The translations under genes and the position numbers were made by a program. From the NCBI GenBank assembly GCA_937625935.1, contig OW569354.1, positions 248,001 through 312,000 on the forward strand: DNA of 64,000 bases, in the 5' to 3' direction. The notes under the pieces are model-generated. The model ran no database searches. It was not told where the DNA came from and was given only the letters and a program-made list of their open reading frames with translations. Below are positions 45,530 through 57,400 of the stretch, in pieces. The DNA comes from Tetramitus jugosus. Lineage: Eukaryota > Protista > Heterolobosea. Position 1 is the first letter of the stretch; each line of letters opens with the position of its first letter.

Positions 45530-48337
45530 TTACATCCAGTTGAGACTACGGCTCTTAAAGTACACCAGATTCTCAAATTCGTGCAAGTACTGCTCGCCCT
45601 TCTCTGTGAAGAGCTGGTCACTTGTGCTCATTCGGAGTCGGGAGAGATTTCTGAGTTGTTTCAAGTAGAACACACCTCTATCGTCGACTGGTAGCTCATA
45701 CAAGTTGAGGGCATTCAACTTTGGAAAGCCCTTGCTGATGATACGAGTACAAGTTGGACCTTGCAACTTTTTGCAATTCATCACAGACAAATCGGTGAGA
45801 TTGTACAGACCAGATGCTAAAATATTCAAGCCCTCGTTGTCGATATTGCTTCCAGAGAGATACAAGCACTCTAATTGATGCATAGTAGCCAATTCATTCA
45901 CTACTTGCTCAATATTTATACCTGGACAAGCAGATAGAGCCAAATGGGATAATAATCTCAACTTGACAATACTATCCAATATGCAGAGAGCAGTGATTTT
46001 GCTACAACTAGTCAAGTCAAGCCATGTTAGGCACTGCAAGTGTGGCAATACTTCATTCAATAAAGCATCTGTCAAGCTCTCTTTGGAGAAACTCAGATCA
46101 AGTATTGTTAAGGTGTCTTTCAACATAAGAATTTCTAAGAAGTGTCTCTCAGACAAGTCGGCATCATCACATAAGCATCCGGGAATTGTCAACGTGTGAA
46201 GCAGCTTACAATTCCGAAAGAGGTGTTTCCATCCATGTCTCATCGATATCTGATTTAGTGACTTTCCATAGAAGTACTTTAGCTGTGTACATCGACTGAT
46301 CACGTTCTTGAAGCATGCATCTGTGATGCTTTTACAAAATGAAATATCCAGATACTCGAGAGTGTCATGGCATTTCAGCGATTGCAACGTGACATCTGAA
46401 GTTAATGTAGAACATAGCTCCAAATTAGTTAAAACAGGGCACTGAGTGATAATCGATCCGAGTAATGTCGGACTTAGCTGTTTGCAGTAATTCAACGCAA
46501 GATGTTTCAATGATGTAAATGCTTGGGAGCTAACTATTTGATCCATGTATCGCGAGATGACATCAGATGTAATAGGATTTTCAGACATGTTCAAGTAGCA
46601 AAGATTGCTAAAAGATGCCCTCACCTTCTTTGGGGTATGCTCATCCTCATCACTGCCGGATGAATGACTCAGTTCAAAATCACTATCATTATCGCTGCTA
46701 CTACTTTCATAGTCATTAGGAGAGGTGTCATCGCGGAATCGTATTGACTTCTTCTGTTGATTTCTCAGCATATTCAAATGTTTCTTATCTCTTCTCCGTC
46801 TCTTATACTTTCGTTCTCTGTCTTGAAATAGAAAGTCTAATGATTGCAGCTTTTCAATTCCACTCACATCAATCATGTTCAGTGATTTGCACTGTCTCAA
46901 ATGCTTCAGAGCAGAGCAGGTAACTTTTGCATTGTTTCGAATGTTCAAGCTTGTTAATTGGTGAAGGGCGTTACCAATGTACTTGATTGAATCGTTGGAT
47001 ATCTTTTCGTTATCCGCAATATTTAACACTTGTAAGTTCTTCAGGGCTGTCAAATGTTTAATTCCTGCGCATGATATCTTTCGACAGTGTCTGATATTGA
47101 GCACTTGCAAACTTTTTCTAAATCGTTCACAATTTCCATTGCCACCATGACCAAATAACTCCAAACACTTGTTTGATATGCTGTGACAACCCTCCAAGAG
47201 CAACACTTTCAGATTTACCATCGAATACACGATACTCTTCAATCCATCATACGATATCTCATGACATGAAGATAAATTCAAGTATGTCAATGTGTTCGTA
47301 ATCTCAAATACATTCACATTTGCAAGTATCGTGTTGTCACTAATGGTTGCATTCATCGACTTGGAAGAGAGTGAAGAGGATGGAGCGGGGGCATGAGATG
47401 AAGATGGTACGACTGGAGACGATGCACTCCTTCGTCTTCCAGTGTCGCTATTCTCTTGATTGTGCTTTCTATTGTTATTCTTATCCTTATTGTTGTTGAA
47501 TAGTGGAGAAGAGGAATTCTTTTGTTGATTTTTCTTTCTCTGATTTTGCTTGTGATTCTGGCTATTATGATTATGACTATTGTTATTATTCTTGTTGTTA
47601 CGACCGTGTTTTCTATTGTTGTTGATACTATCTGTCTTGTGATCATCAGCAGCAACCTCATCAATGTTCAACGTGTTGTTCGTGCTATAGGATGACGCAC
47701 TGTTGCCCCTCCGTCTTGTTGTTGATTCTTTCTGATCATGAACATGCATTTCACCAGAATTGTTACTGTTCGCATTATTGTTATTGTTATTGTTACTGGC
47801 TGATTGTTGCGGTTGTTGTTGTTGTTGTTTGAAATACATCATGCTCTTGTTACTCAACAAACAATGACTCAAATTCAATCGAGTCAAAGGTAAATCTCTC
47901 AACAGCACCATCCACTCATCTGTCACTCGACCACACATGCTCAAATTCAAGTTTGTGAATTGACTGCTTCTCAGATTGAGCAACATGGGTAAGGTGAGTG
48001 ATTGAATCCGACACAATGAATCTAACAATTCCTGACATGTTTGCTTTGGAATGTGTTGCAACAATATGCCGCCACTTCCACTCTTGTCAACAACGGCATC
48101 ATGACTCTCATTCTCATCATCATCATCATCCATACTAGAGTAAGGAACGTCCTTTAATTGCTGTTGCAGTTGCAGTTGCTGTTGTTGTTCCAATAACTCA
48201 TAATTGGCAAAGTGAGTGGCATGTTGAACCAAGTACAAGATGCATAGTTCCTTGAGTGAATGGCCACCTCCACCATTGTTATTGCTGTTACTGTTGCTTC
48301 TATCAGAGTGAAGTCTAGGACTATTACTCGGACTCAT
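45530..48337 (-). CDS. Cys-containing leucine-rich repeat (AMN1/FBXL-type) protein with N-terminal BC-box-like motif
   Basis: Many LxxLxLxxCxxIT repeats; SLKELCILYL ... LQHIPKQTCQELL at the N-terminus. Confidence 0.88.
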   Translation of the reverse strand: MSPSNSPRLHSDRSNSNSNNNGGGGHSLKELCILYLVQHATHFANYELLEQQQQLQLQQQLKDVPYSSMDDDDDENESHDAVVDKSGSGGILLQHIPKQTCQELLDSLCRIQSLTLPMLLNLRSSQFTNLNLSMCGRVTDEWMVLLRDLPLTRLNLSHCLLSNKSMMYFKQQQQQPQQSASNNNNNNNANSNNSGEMHVHDQKESTTRRRGNSASSYSTNNTLNIDEVAADDHKTDSINNNRKHGRNNKNNNNSHNHNSQNHKQNQRKKNQQKNSSSPLFNNNKDKNNNRKHNQENSDTGRRRSASSPVVPSSSHAPAPSSSLSSKSMNATISDNTILANVNVFEITNTLTYLNLSSCHEISYDGLKSIVYSMVNLKVLLLEGCHSISNKCLELFGHGGNGNCERFRKSLQVLNIRHCRKISCAGIKHLTALKNLQVLNIADNEKISNDSIKYIGNALHQLTSLNIRNNAKVTCSALKHLRQCKSLNMIDVSGIEKLQSLDFLFQDRERKYKRRRRDKKHLNMLRNQQKKSIRFRDDTSPNDYESSSSDNDSDFELSHSSGSDEDEHTPKKVRASFSNLCYLNMSENPITSDVISRYMDQIVSSQAFTSLKHLALNYCKQLSPTLLGSIITQCPVLTNLELCSTLTSDVTLQSLKCHDTLEYLDISFCKSITDACFKNVISRCTQLKYFYGKSLNQISMRHGWKHLFRNCKLLHTLTIPGCLCDDADLSERHFLEILMLKDTLTILDLSFSKESLTDALLNEVLPHLQCLTWLDLTSCSKITALCILDSIVKLRLLSHLALSACPGINIEQVVNELATMHQLECLYLSGSNIDNEGLNILASGLYNLTDLSVMNCKKLQGPTCTRIISKGFPKLNALNLYELPVDDRGVFYLKQLRNLSRLRMSTSDQLFTEKGEQYLHEFENLVYFKSRSLNWM

Positions 48338-48567
48338 ATTGTTCGTTGATCAACCGGAAGTGCCGTTTGAAAAGGGGCTCAAAGGATTGTCTGTTTTTTT
48401 TGCTGCTGCAGTCGTGTGTGTGAAAAGGTGATCACAATTGGGTGTTTGATGGGGTTACTCGGAGCTCGAGCAGCTGGTCACAGTGATAACAATCGAACTC
48501 TGGTTGGTTGTTTGGTGCAGCGACAATCTTTTTCGAGATTGAATATTCGGACAATATTAAACTGCAT

Positions 48568-48581
48568 TTTGGCGCGCCAAA
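48568..48581. promoter_or_regulatory. Palindromic E2F-like site TTTGGCGCGCCAAA
   Basis: Perfect 14-bp palindrome matching TTTSSCGC on both strands, in the divergent LRR/BRAP2 intergenic region. Confidence 0.5.
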
Positions 48582-48691
48582 GTGTTGAGTTCCAAACGAG
48601 ACTGAAGATCAAACAAAGACTGCCCTCGTTGAACCGGACAGTTTAAAATAAAGACAAAAAATAACCAACAGCTACCACACAAAAGAACTGA

Positions 48692-50860
48692 ATGTTTGGA
48701 GCGAACGACAGCAGCAATAGACTCAATCGCCATTACTACTCCATTGTCATTGACCGTCACCCACCCCTCATCCAACAATTGACTCAAAACATTTTCTCCG
48801 CTCGTCCATTCGATCAAAGAATCAAACTACGAAAACAACAATTGGATCAAGTCATATCACAGAATCAATACATGAAAATGTCAAACGTTTTTGGAAGTGG
48901 TGAAATCTCAGTCGATCATGTTGTTGAAAAGGGAGAAGAGAATGACGCTGTTGATCACACCAACGATGACAAGGATGATAGCACAATGTATCATGTGAAA
49001 CACATTGCACATACAATGTCAACTGATATGGACTCTTTTGTCAATTCAAACCATAAGAGTCACACAAGTTCGTCATCATCACCATGCACAGAAGACCAAG
49101 CAACAATCGCATCATCATCATCTGATGAAACAACAACCACAACAAATCCTCTGTTTTTCAGTTGTGGAAATCCAAGAGTGGAGATTGTGACTGGATTTAT
49201 TCACTTGTACACAAACCATCGCGTACCTCGATCAAGTGCCACTTCTCCGACAACTCCAACGACACCAGTGACAACAGCAACAACAATTTTAGAAGAGGAT
49301 GATGTGGATGAAGATAATCACAAGAATGCTTCATTGAAAGAATCACAGAATGATCAAAATATGTTGTGCGTGGTTGCTGTGCCCAGTTTTATCAGTATCA
49401 GTGATTTCTATACGTTTGTCCAGAGTTTTAGTTCTCACATTAGTCACATGACTATTCTGAGAGATGAAATGCCGAACCGGTACATGATTTTGTTGACATT
49501 CGACAATGAATCATCAATGAATGATTTTTATGAACAATTTAATGGAAAACCGTTCAATAGTTTTGATCCTGAACAGTGTCAACTCGTTTATGTTCAATCT
49601 GTAGAATATAGTAACAACAATAACAATAGTAATAGTTGTAGTGCTGCTGACACTAGTGCTGTTGGTCCATTGATTGAAATGCCCAAATGTCCTGTGTGTC
49701 TCGAACGGTTAGACTCTGAAACATCTGGCATCATCACAACAGTTTGCAATCACGAGTTTCATTGCGAATGCTTTACGAAATGGGGAGATGGAACGTGTCC
49801 TATTTGTCGTTACAATAGCTTTGATGACACGAACAATAGTCGAGTGCAATGTTTTGAGTGCAATGACACGACATCGAACTTGTGGATTTGTTTGATGTGT
49901 GGTCACGTTGGTTGTGGTCGCTATGAACAAGGTCATGCAAGACAGCACTATGAGCAAACCAATCATATCTATGCCATGGAAATTGAATCACAGAGAGTGT
50001 GGGATTACATGGGTGATGGTTATGTGCATCGAATTGTACAAAATGCGACCGATGGAAAACTGGTTCAAGTCATGAGCAACAACGATGACGAAATGAGTCA
50101 ATTCTCAGAGTCCAACCGCAATCAGAGCACAAGTATTCGAATGAATAGTAGCACAGCAGGAACAATGGGTAATTTTAGTGAGTCAATATCAGGCAAAGCT
50201 TGTCCCTTGACCTCATCGGGAAATAGCAACTTTGTTGGGGCGAGTAGCAGTGGTAGTAGCAGTAGTACTTATAACGACTTTTCTAGTAATGCTGGCGGTA
50301 GTAGTAGTGATGATTATTATCGGCCCACCTCCACTAGTTATGACATTGACATGTTGGAGGCACGATACAATTCAAAAATCGATGCCATACTTCAGGAATA
50401 CAACAATCTGTTAACCAAGCAACTGGTGAGTCAGAGAATTTATTTCGAGGGAAAGTTGAATGAATTAACAAGAACAAGCGATGATCAACTCAATAAGTTA
50501 TCTCATGAACTGGATGACGCAAAACAAGATTGCAAAAAATTGAGCTCGCAAGTGGAAAGACTCCAGGTAGATAAGAAGAAACAAGACAAGGAGTTTGAAT
50601 TCATCAGTGAATTGAACAAAACTTTGATTGCAGAACAAAAGAAGTTCAAGGTAAAGTACGAGACACAACAGAGGATTTATGACAACAAGTTGCAAGACAA
50701 GGATAAGACGATACAAGACCTGCAGGAGCAATTAGCGGACTTGATGACTCACTTTAACACACAAGAGAGCTTATCAAAGGATATGAAGGAAGCTAGTTTA
50801 TTTGTTCTGCCGGGTGGAGGCACCCACAAGAGAAAGGGAAAATCGAAAACCAATAAATAA
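48692..50860 (+). CDS. BRAP: BRAP2/IMP (ETP1) RING + ZnF-UBP E3 ligase
   Basis: GNPRVE...G.IHLY, BRAP2 domain (PNRYM...FNGKPFNS), RING CPVCLERLD...CNHEFHCEC...CPICRY, ZnF-UBP WICLMCGHVGCGRY...RVWDY.GDGYVHR, coiled coil. Confidence 0.96.
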   Translation: MFGANDSSNRLNRHYYSIVIDRHPPLIQQLTQNIFSARPFDQRIKLRKQQLDQVISQNQYMKMSNVFGSGEISVDHVVEKGEENDAVDHTNDDKDDSTMYHVKHIAHTMSTDMDSFVNSNHKSHTSSSSSPCTEDQATIASSSSDETTTTTNPLFFSCGNPRVEIVTGFIHLYTNHRVPRSSATSPTTPTTPVTTATTILEEDDVDEDNHKNASLKESQNDQNMLCVVAVPSFISISDFYTFVQSFSSHISHMTILRDEMPNRYMILLTFDNESSMNDFYEQFNGKPFNSFDPEQCQLVYVQSVEYSNNNNNSNSCSAADTSAVGPLIEMPKCPVCLERLDSETSGIITTVCNHEFHCECFTKWGDGTCPICRYNSFDDTNNSRVQCFECNDTTSNLWICLMCGHVGCGRYEQGHARQHYEQTNHIYAMEIESQRVWDYMGDGYVHRIVQNATDGKLVQVMSNNDDEMSQFSESNRNQSTSIRMNSSTAGTMGNFSESISGKACPLTSSGNSNFVGASSSGSSSSTYNDFSSNAGGSSSDDYYRPTSTSYDIDMLEARYNSKIDAILQEYNNLLTKQLVSQRIYFEGKLNELTRTSDDQLNKLSHELDDAKQDCKKLSSQVERLQVDKKKQDKEFEFISELNKTLIAEQKKFKVKYETQQRIYDNKLQDKDKTIQDLQEQLADLMTHFNTQESLSKDMKEASLFVLPGGGTHKRKGKSKTNK

Positions 50861-50865
50861 ATGGA

Positions 50866-53314
50866 TTAGTTTTCTGCAAAGAAGGAGCGGATTTCGTTAT
50901 CTATGTCTCTCTCTTGTAGTTCCTGTTGGATGTACATTGGTTGCGATTGTTGCTGACCCATCCAGCTGCTTGCAGGAGTCGATCCTGTCAAGGAAGACAA
51001 AAATGATGTGTTGCCTTGTTGAGCGAGTGTGTTTTGTAGCACTTGCTGCTGACCACATATGAGCGCTTGATGTTGCTGTTGTTGTTGGGTGAGTGTTTGT
51101 TGTTGAGTAGATGTTGTCAAAATTACATCACTGCATAGTGCTGTGGCTGTTGATGATGATGATGACGAAGAGATGGGTGGTGATGATGTCATGGTTGCTG
51201 CCGAGGTAGAAGATGTTTGGTTGATGGATGTACTTGCACCACCGCCCGAATTCGTAATCATGGGCAACATTTGTGTCTGTTGTTGCTGTTGAACTTGTTG
51301 TCTTCTCTGTGATCGGATGGCCTTTAACTGGAACAGAGCGTCCAACAGTCTCTGGAATGTTGTCATGGGAACGGATGCCAAGGATGCAGGCTGACACACA
51401 GTACCAGGCAATACTACTTCACCATCATCAATCACAAACTCGTCGATAAACGTGTCGCTCATACCACGCACTTCAACCCAAATAAACGAATTCTCAAATT
51501 GTCGACTGAGGTGAAACGCTCGTTTTCCTTCCTTCTTATCGAATTGAAGCAGTCCAATGCCTTCGAGCTTTCGTATCGTACTGGCCAACCCGTACTGCAA
51601 CAAATTTTTCCACGGTGTGAGTGACTCTTGTGGTATCATGTCAAACAGTGACAGTGATCTGCATTGTGAATCCGAAAGGTTTGTCATTCTCCTAAACAAA
51701 CGATTGCAACCAATCAGTTCAAAATTGCTGCTGTTCAACACAAAGATTGGATTCTGGAGTTGGTCGTTGGCTGACCAGAGATCAATAGAGATTTCATTGC
51801 GACTCGATAGATTCACAATGGTGGATTGTAATTGTTGATTCTGCGCTTGTAATTGACTCATTTCCATCTTTAGTTTCTGTACTTGATTCCATAGCATCAT
51901 TGTGTTGGTCGCATGACTGTCGTTTGCATTGTTGGATGCATTTGTGATGGTTGTGATGGTGTTGTTGTTGTTGTTCGTAGTAGTAGTAGTAGGAGTAGGA
52001 GTAGTGGAGTTTGCTATTGTTGTTGTTGCTGCTGCTGTCATGGTATTATTATTGTTGTTGTTTTCATCTTGTTTGACAGTGGTTGGATTGAAATGATGCT
52101 GGTGGTGAAGATGATGATGATTGATTGACACATTATTCATGTGATTGTTGTTGCTGCTACTACTACTACTATTGTTGGTAGTCCTATCGTTATTAGTAGT
52201 TGTCGTACTAATTGTATTGTTCATATTGTTAATGTCATTACTATTGGTGTTGTTGGAAGATGTAGGAGTCATAGTCATTACACTATTACTACTACCACCA
52301 CTACCACTACTGTTATTGTTCGATAGAGTCGCATTGCTTGCTTCAATCTTGATTGGATGATTGTTTTGCCCGGGCAAAACAACATGGAAATACGACTCTT
52401 GATTACTACTACTGCTGCTGCTGCTGCTGTTGCTATTGTTGTTGTTATGACTCGTACTACTCACACTACTGCTAGTCGCATTACTGCTGACACTCATTCT
52501 TCTTCTACTGTTATTACTAGCAGTAGCAGTGCTCTTTGTAATCATACACTTATTCAATTGATGTCCCTTTTGTCTCATTAACAATTGCCTATTGAAATCA
52601 AAACATTGTCGATGCTTTTTGGTACAATTGGAGCATGGTCGCTGTTTATCACATCGAATGTGGTTCCGACGACAGTGATGACAACTTGTGCCAACTGTAC
52701 CACAATTCAAACTAATAGTATTGCTACTCCTATTATTCGATAACAGATAAAAATGGGTTAATATTGTGTTAAAAAAAACAAGAGTTAACATCATTTGGTT
52801 TCAATCAACAAACATACTCCAAATCATGATTGTTGTTGTTGTTCGTGTTATTTGTATTGTCTTCATTATCAATCACAACATCTTCATTCTCGTCCTCTTC
52901 ATTCTCATACTCGTTACTGCTGTTGCTACAGTTGCTATTACTCCGTTGTTTCTGATGGTGGTTGTGGACTGCGATATGGGAAATTGCATGATGATGGTGA
53001 TGGTTCTGATGATGATTAGTACAGTTATTGTCTTCTTCTATTGTTGAAGTAGTTGTGGTGACACCATCGTGATGCAACTGATGAAAAATAAGTGGTTTTG
53101 TATTGAGTTGCTGTGACAATTGTCCTCTCACTAATAATCGAAAAGGATTGTTCTCAAAGCTTTTGTTGTTGTTTGCATATATGTTATGGTTGGTGTTGGT
53201 CGTGGTCGTGGTGGTGGTGGGAATGTTCGAAATGTTTGGTGATTGATGATTGTCGTTAGAATTATTATTGTTTTTTGTATTGTTGATGTTATGGTACTTG
53301 AAGGGTGGATTCAT
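50866..53314 (-). CDS. Zn(II)2Cys6 transcription factor with coiled coil and PAS-like domain (2 exons: 53314-52818, 52729-50866)
   Basis: CHHCRRNHIRCDKQRPCSNCTKKHRQC; coiled coil; PIFVLN..LIGCNRLFRRMT..S....SLFDMIP (PAS-like). 88-nt GTATGT...TAG intron (52817-52730) keeps frame. Confidence 0.88.
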
Positions 53315-54433
53315 GTTGTTGTGTGTATATTCTTGTTGATAGTTATATAAAATAGATATCAAGCAAGAGGAAGATTTTGTATCGAGGTGAATTTGAGGTG
53401 TGTGGAATGAGTGAGAGAGAGATTGCGTTTGTTTCGCTTGAGCTTTTTGCTCAGAGGATGAATTGTGTTCCGGTTTTTTTTGGTGTCGGTTGTTTCTAGC
53501 CGCACACAAGGAATTTCTTTATTATACCTCCGCCAAATCGGAAAAACTGTTCACTTGACCAGATTCGAAGAGCGGGTGCACGTGGACAAATCAAAATGGA
53601 CAAGTGCATTCAAATATCCCACAATTCCCAGGAGTTCCACGAACACGTACTCCACTTCAGATTATTCCTGTGAACATTTGTCTGAATCGAGCAGGAGGTG
53701 ATTCCATAAAGAACCTGCATGAAGAATAAGTAGGTGTTCCAGTGGAAGAGAATGAAGCGTTTTGGTTGTGATATTTGGAATCTTTAAGACATAAAGAGGG
53801 ATGCTTCCTTTCACGATCAAATTCTCTGGAATGCGCGTGTCCAGCCCATCATTAAACACTGGTTTCATTACGTAGAGCTCTATTATTCCCTCATTTTCCA
53901 TGGAAAATTAATCGACAAACAAATCTACATTGAGGTTTACATAAAATATCTTACTCAGACAACCTGAATTTTCCAGAGGAGAATGTGCTTCGCTGGGGCA
54001 CAAAACTGAAATAGTAGTAACAGTCAAGGAATTCAGTCCTTGTCATTGAGGGTTGTGTGCATATGGAAGATCCGTTTTTGGATAGAACCAAAAATAATAC
54101 TGGACATTTTTGAGAATAAGTCATCTTATGATCCCGCTAAGTATGTTAACTGAGCGGTGAATTCCCAATGTGAATTCCTCTTAAGTTTGCCATTGAAGCC
54201 AGTGATGAAACTGGAAAGGATTCTACAGTGATCCGCCGACCGCTACAGTAGAACCAGTCATCTGTCTTGCTCATGTCAAACATCAATCATGTTTCGGAGT
54301 GTCACAATAATCCAGCTTGCCAAAAAGCTCGGCCAAAAAAACCAGTGACACAAACATTGCTTGCAGAGAATCATTCACCTCGACACAACAACAACAATCA
54401 CATCACAACTAAAACACATTTCATTTTCAAAAT

Positions 54434-57400
54434 ATGGAGAGAACCAATATTTTCAATGAAATTGTTGAAACCGAGAGTAAATACCTCGATTCATTGACTC
54501 AGTTGAACACAATTTATATTCAACAGATTCAATCAAAGAAATTCTTTGAGTTGAAGAAGGATATGAACGAAACTGTGAAGAATCTATCCATCATTATCAA
54601 TTTCAACGGTTTTCTTCTCAAGGGCTTAAAGGAAGAAACAGCAAAGGAGAATGTTGGTGCCATTTTTTGTAAAATAATGTACGTCAACACTACCAACAAA
54701 CACACATCAAGTTTTCCTTTTTTGTTTGTTTGCTATTTGTTGAATGTTTCGTTTTTTGTGCTCACCACATGCCATTGCTTTGAACAACAACATTACATTT
54801 CATACATGGAATGATGATGATGATGATGATGATGAATTACTCTGTTGTGTCTGACATTTGCAACTTTTAAAACCCGAATCCGAACAATGAACGATGCCAA
54901 CTCAAAAATTACAATCTATTTATATGTTATGTGTGTGTGTGTGTAGTCCCTTCTTGAAGACATACACTGCCTATTTCAATCATTACACTGGTGCAACGAG
55001 TCAAGTGCGTGAGGAACGAAAGAGGAACAAAGCGTTTGACGAATGGTTGAAGAAGACTGAGACTGCAGCGAAAAAAGACGGAAAACAACCTTTTCTCTCC
55101 TATTTGATCATGCCTGTGCAGCGTATACCTCGATACTCTCTGTTGTTGAAGGAGTTGAAGGGCAGTACGGATCAATCTCATCCGGACTATCCCAATTTGG
55201 ACAAGGCACTCGATGAGACAAAGAAGGTTGCTGATTATTTGAATGAAAGAATTAAAGATCAGGATTTGCAGTCCAGAATGCTGTTCATTGAGAGAAATGT
55301 GATGAACATGGGTAATTACGAGAAGGTTTCTCTCACTGCACCACATCGTCGCTTCGTTCATGAACTAGTGGTTGTATTTGACGATATGGAGCAAGTTCAG
55401 TTGTTTGTCTTCTCTGATTTATTGCTCGTGTGTAGCAAAGCATCAGAAGAACAGCGTACACAGTACCTCATGTATCATGACAATGCAAAGAATGGTGTCA
55501 ACAGTGGAAGTCAATCTGCCAGACGTAAGAGCGGCAAGAGACAGTCATCCAGTCTATCCAACATCGATACAAAGAATGCTCCAGAGTTCTGCATCATGTT
55601 CTTTATCGAATTGAGTTGTACTCCTGCTCCTTCCGTGCAGAACTTTGCCGGTTTTCCAAGCCGATCCAATGTCTTGTTGCTGTCGACTGAGAATGAAAGT
55701 CATTTGATTGTGGCACAAGATAAAGAGTCAGCCGCAGAGTTAGAAGCATGTCTCACCAAGGTGTTGGCCAAGCTAGTATCCAATGCAGGATTAGATCCAT
55801 CAGACAAATCGAATTATGCGCCTGTTTCATACTATAATCTGCCATCAGACATGGTAGAGTATGTGATTCAACAGAATCAGATTGCAACATCATCTCCTAT
55901 CACTCCAGTCGAAGAGAAACACACCAAGATAGTTTTGGACTCACCATCCGAAGCATCGTCGAGTGATTCTACGTCATCTATTGTTCCTCAAATTCAATTG
56001 ACCGCTGATTCTTCTGCAGAGTCGATCTTTGGTGAAAGAAAGAGAGCTCCATTGGATGTTGTCACAAAAACGAAAATGAAAACACCAAGACGTAAGGCTA
56101 CCGTACAAAAGTCTCCAGTGGATATTCTAGATACATTGGAGAACAAGGTTGAACTGCCTGACAGCGACAAGAAATTCGTAGTCGAAGAAGCACTTGTGAA
56201 GGTTGAGGAGGAACCAAAGGACAATGTACCAAAGGCTGCTCGATTCGGAGGTATTGCTATGCCAGGCATGGGTATGCCAGGTCTAGGAGATGCCTTGAAG
56301 CGAAGACAGGCCAAAATGGAAGAGAAGGCAGAACCAGAACAGAAATCTGAACCTGTTGAAACAAAGTCTGAACCTGAACCTGAGTCTAAGCCTGTAGAAC
56401 CACAGCCAGAGACTCAACAAGTGGAGCAAACTCCTGTCGAGCCGATTCAAGTCGAAGTGAAACAACCTAAACCTGTTGTTGAGACGAAGGACTCTCCGAC
56501 TGACTCACCAACTCAAGAAGGTGGTAGAAGAAGAAAGAAGAAGCTTGAATTGAAACAAAAACAGAAGCAACAAGAAAAGGAGAGATTGGAGAAGGAGAAG
56601 AGAGAAGTCGAAGAGGAAAAGAACCGACAACAACAAGAACAGGCTGCTGCTGAAGAAGAGGAGAGAAAGAAACAGGCGATTGCTGCTGAAGAAGAGGAAA
56701 GAAAGAGACAGGAAGCACAACAACAAGCTGCTGATGAGGATCAGAGAAAGCTCGAAGAGCTTGAAAAGGAAAGAGTAGAAAACGAAAAAGCAGCACAGGA
56801 GAAAGTTGAAAAGGAACGACTCGAACGAGAAGCAAACGAGAAACTTGAGAGAGAAAGAACAGAAAACGAAGAAGCTGAGAGACTTGAGAGAGAGAGACTC
56901 GAGAAGGAAAGAGTTGAGAAAGAAGAGACCGAGAGGCTCGAGAAGAAACGAGCAGAGGTCGAAGAAGCACAAAGACTTGAGAAGCAGAGACTCGAAGCTG
57001 AGAAGGAGCAACTTGAAAAGGATGAAGCACAAAGAATCGAAGATGAGAAACTCGAAACACAAAGAATTGAATCCGAAAGACTCGAAAAGGAGAAGCTTGA
57101 AGCTGACAAACTCGAGAGTGAGCGCTTGGAGAAGCAGAGGTTGGAAGAGGAGAGACTCGAGAAGGAGAGAATCGAGAAAGAAAGGCTTGCCAAGTTGGAA
57201 GAAGAGAGGCTTGAAAAGGAGAGAATCGAGCAAGAGAGACTTGAAAAGGAAAAGCTCGAAAGAGAAAGAGTCGAACAAGAAAGAGTGGAACAACAACGCT
57301 TGCAAAAGGAACAGGATGAAAGAGATAGATTGCAAAGACTCAAGGAGGAGCAAGAAGCAGCTTCAGAGGCTGAGAGACAACTACTTATCCAAATTGAAAA

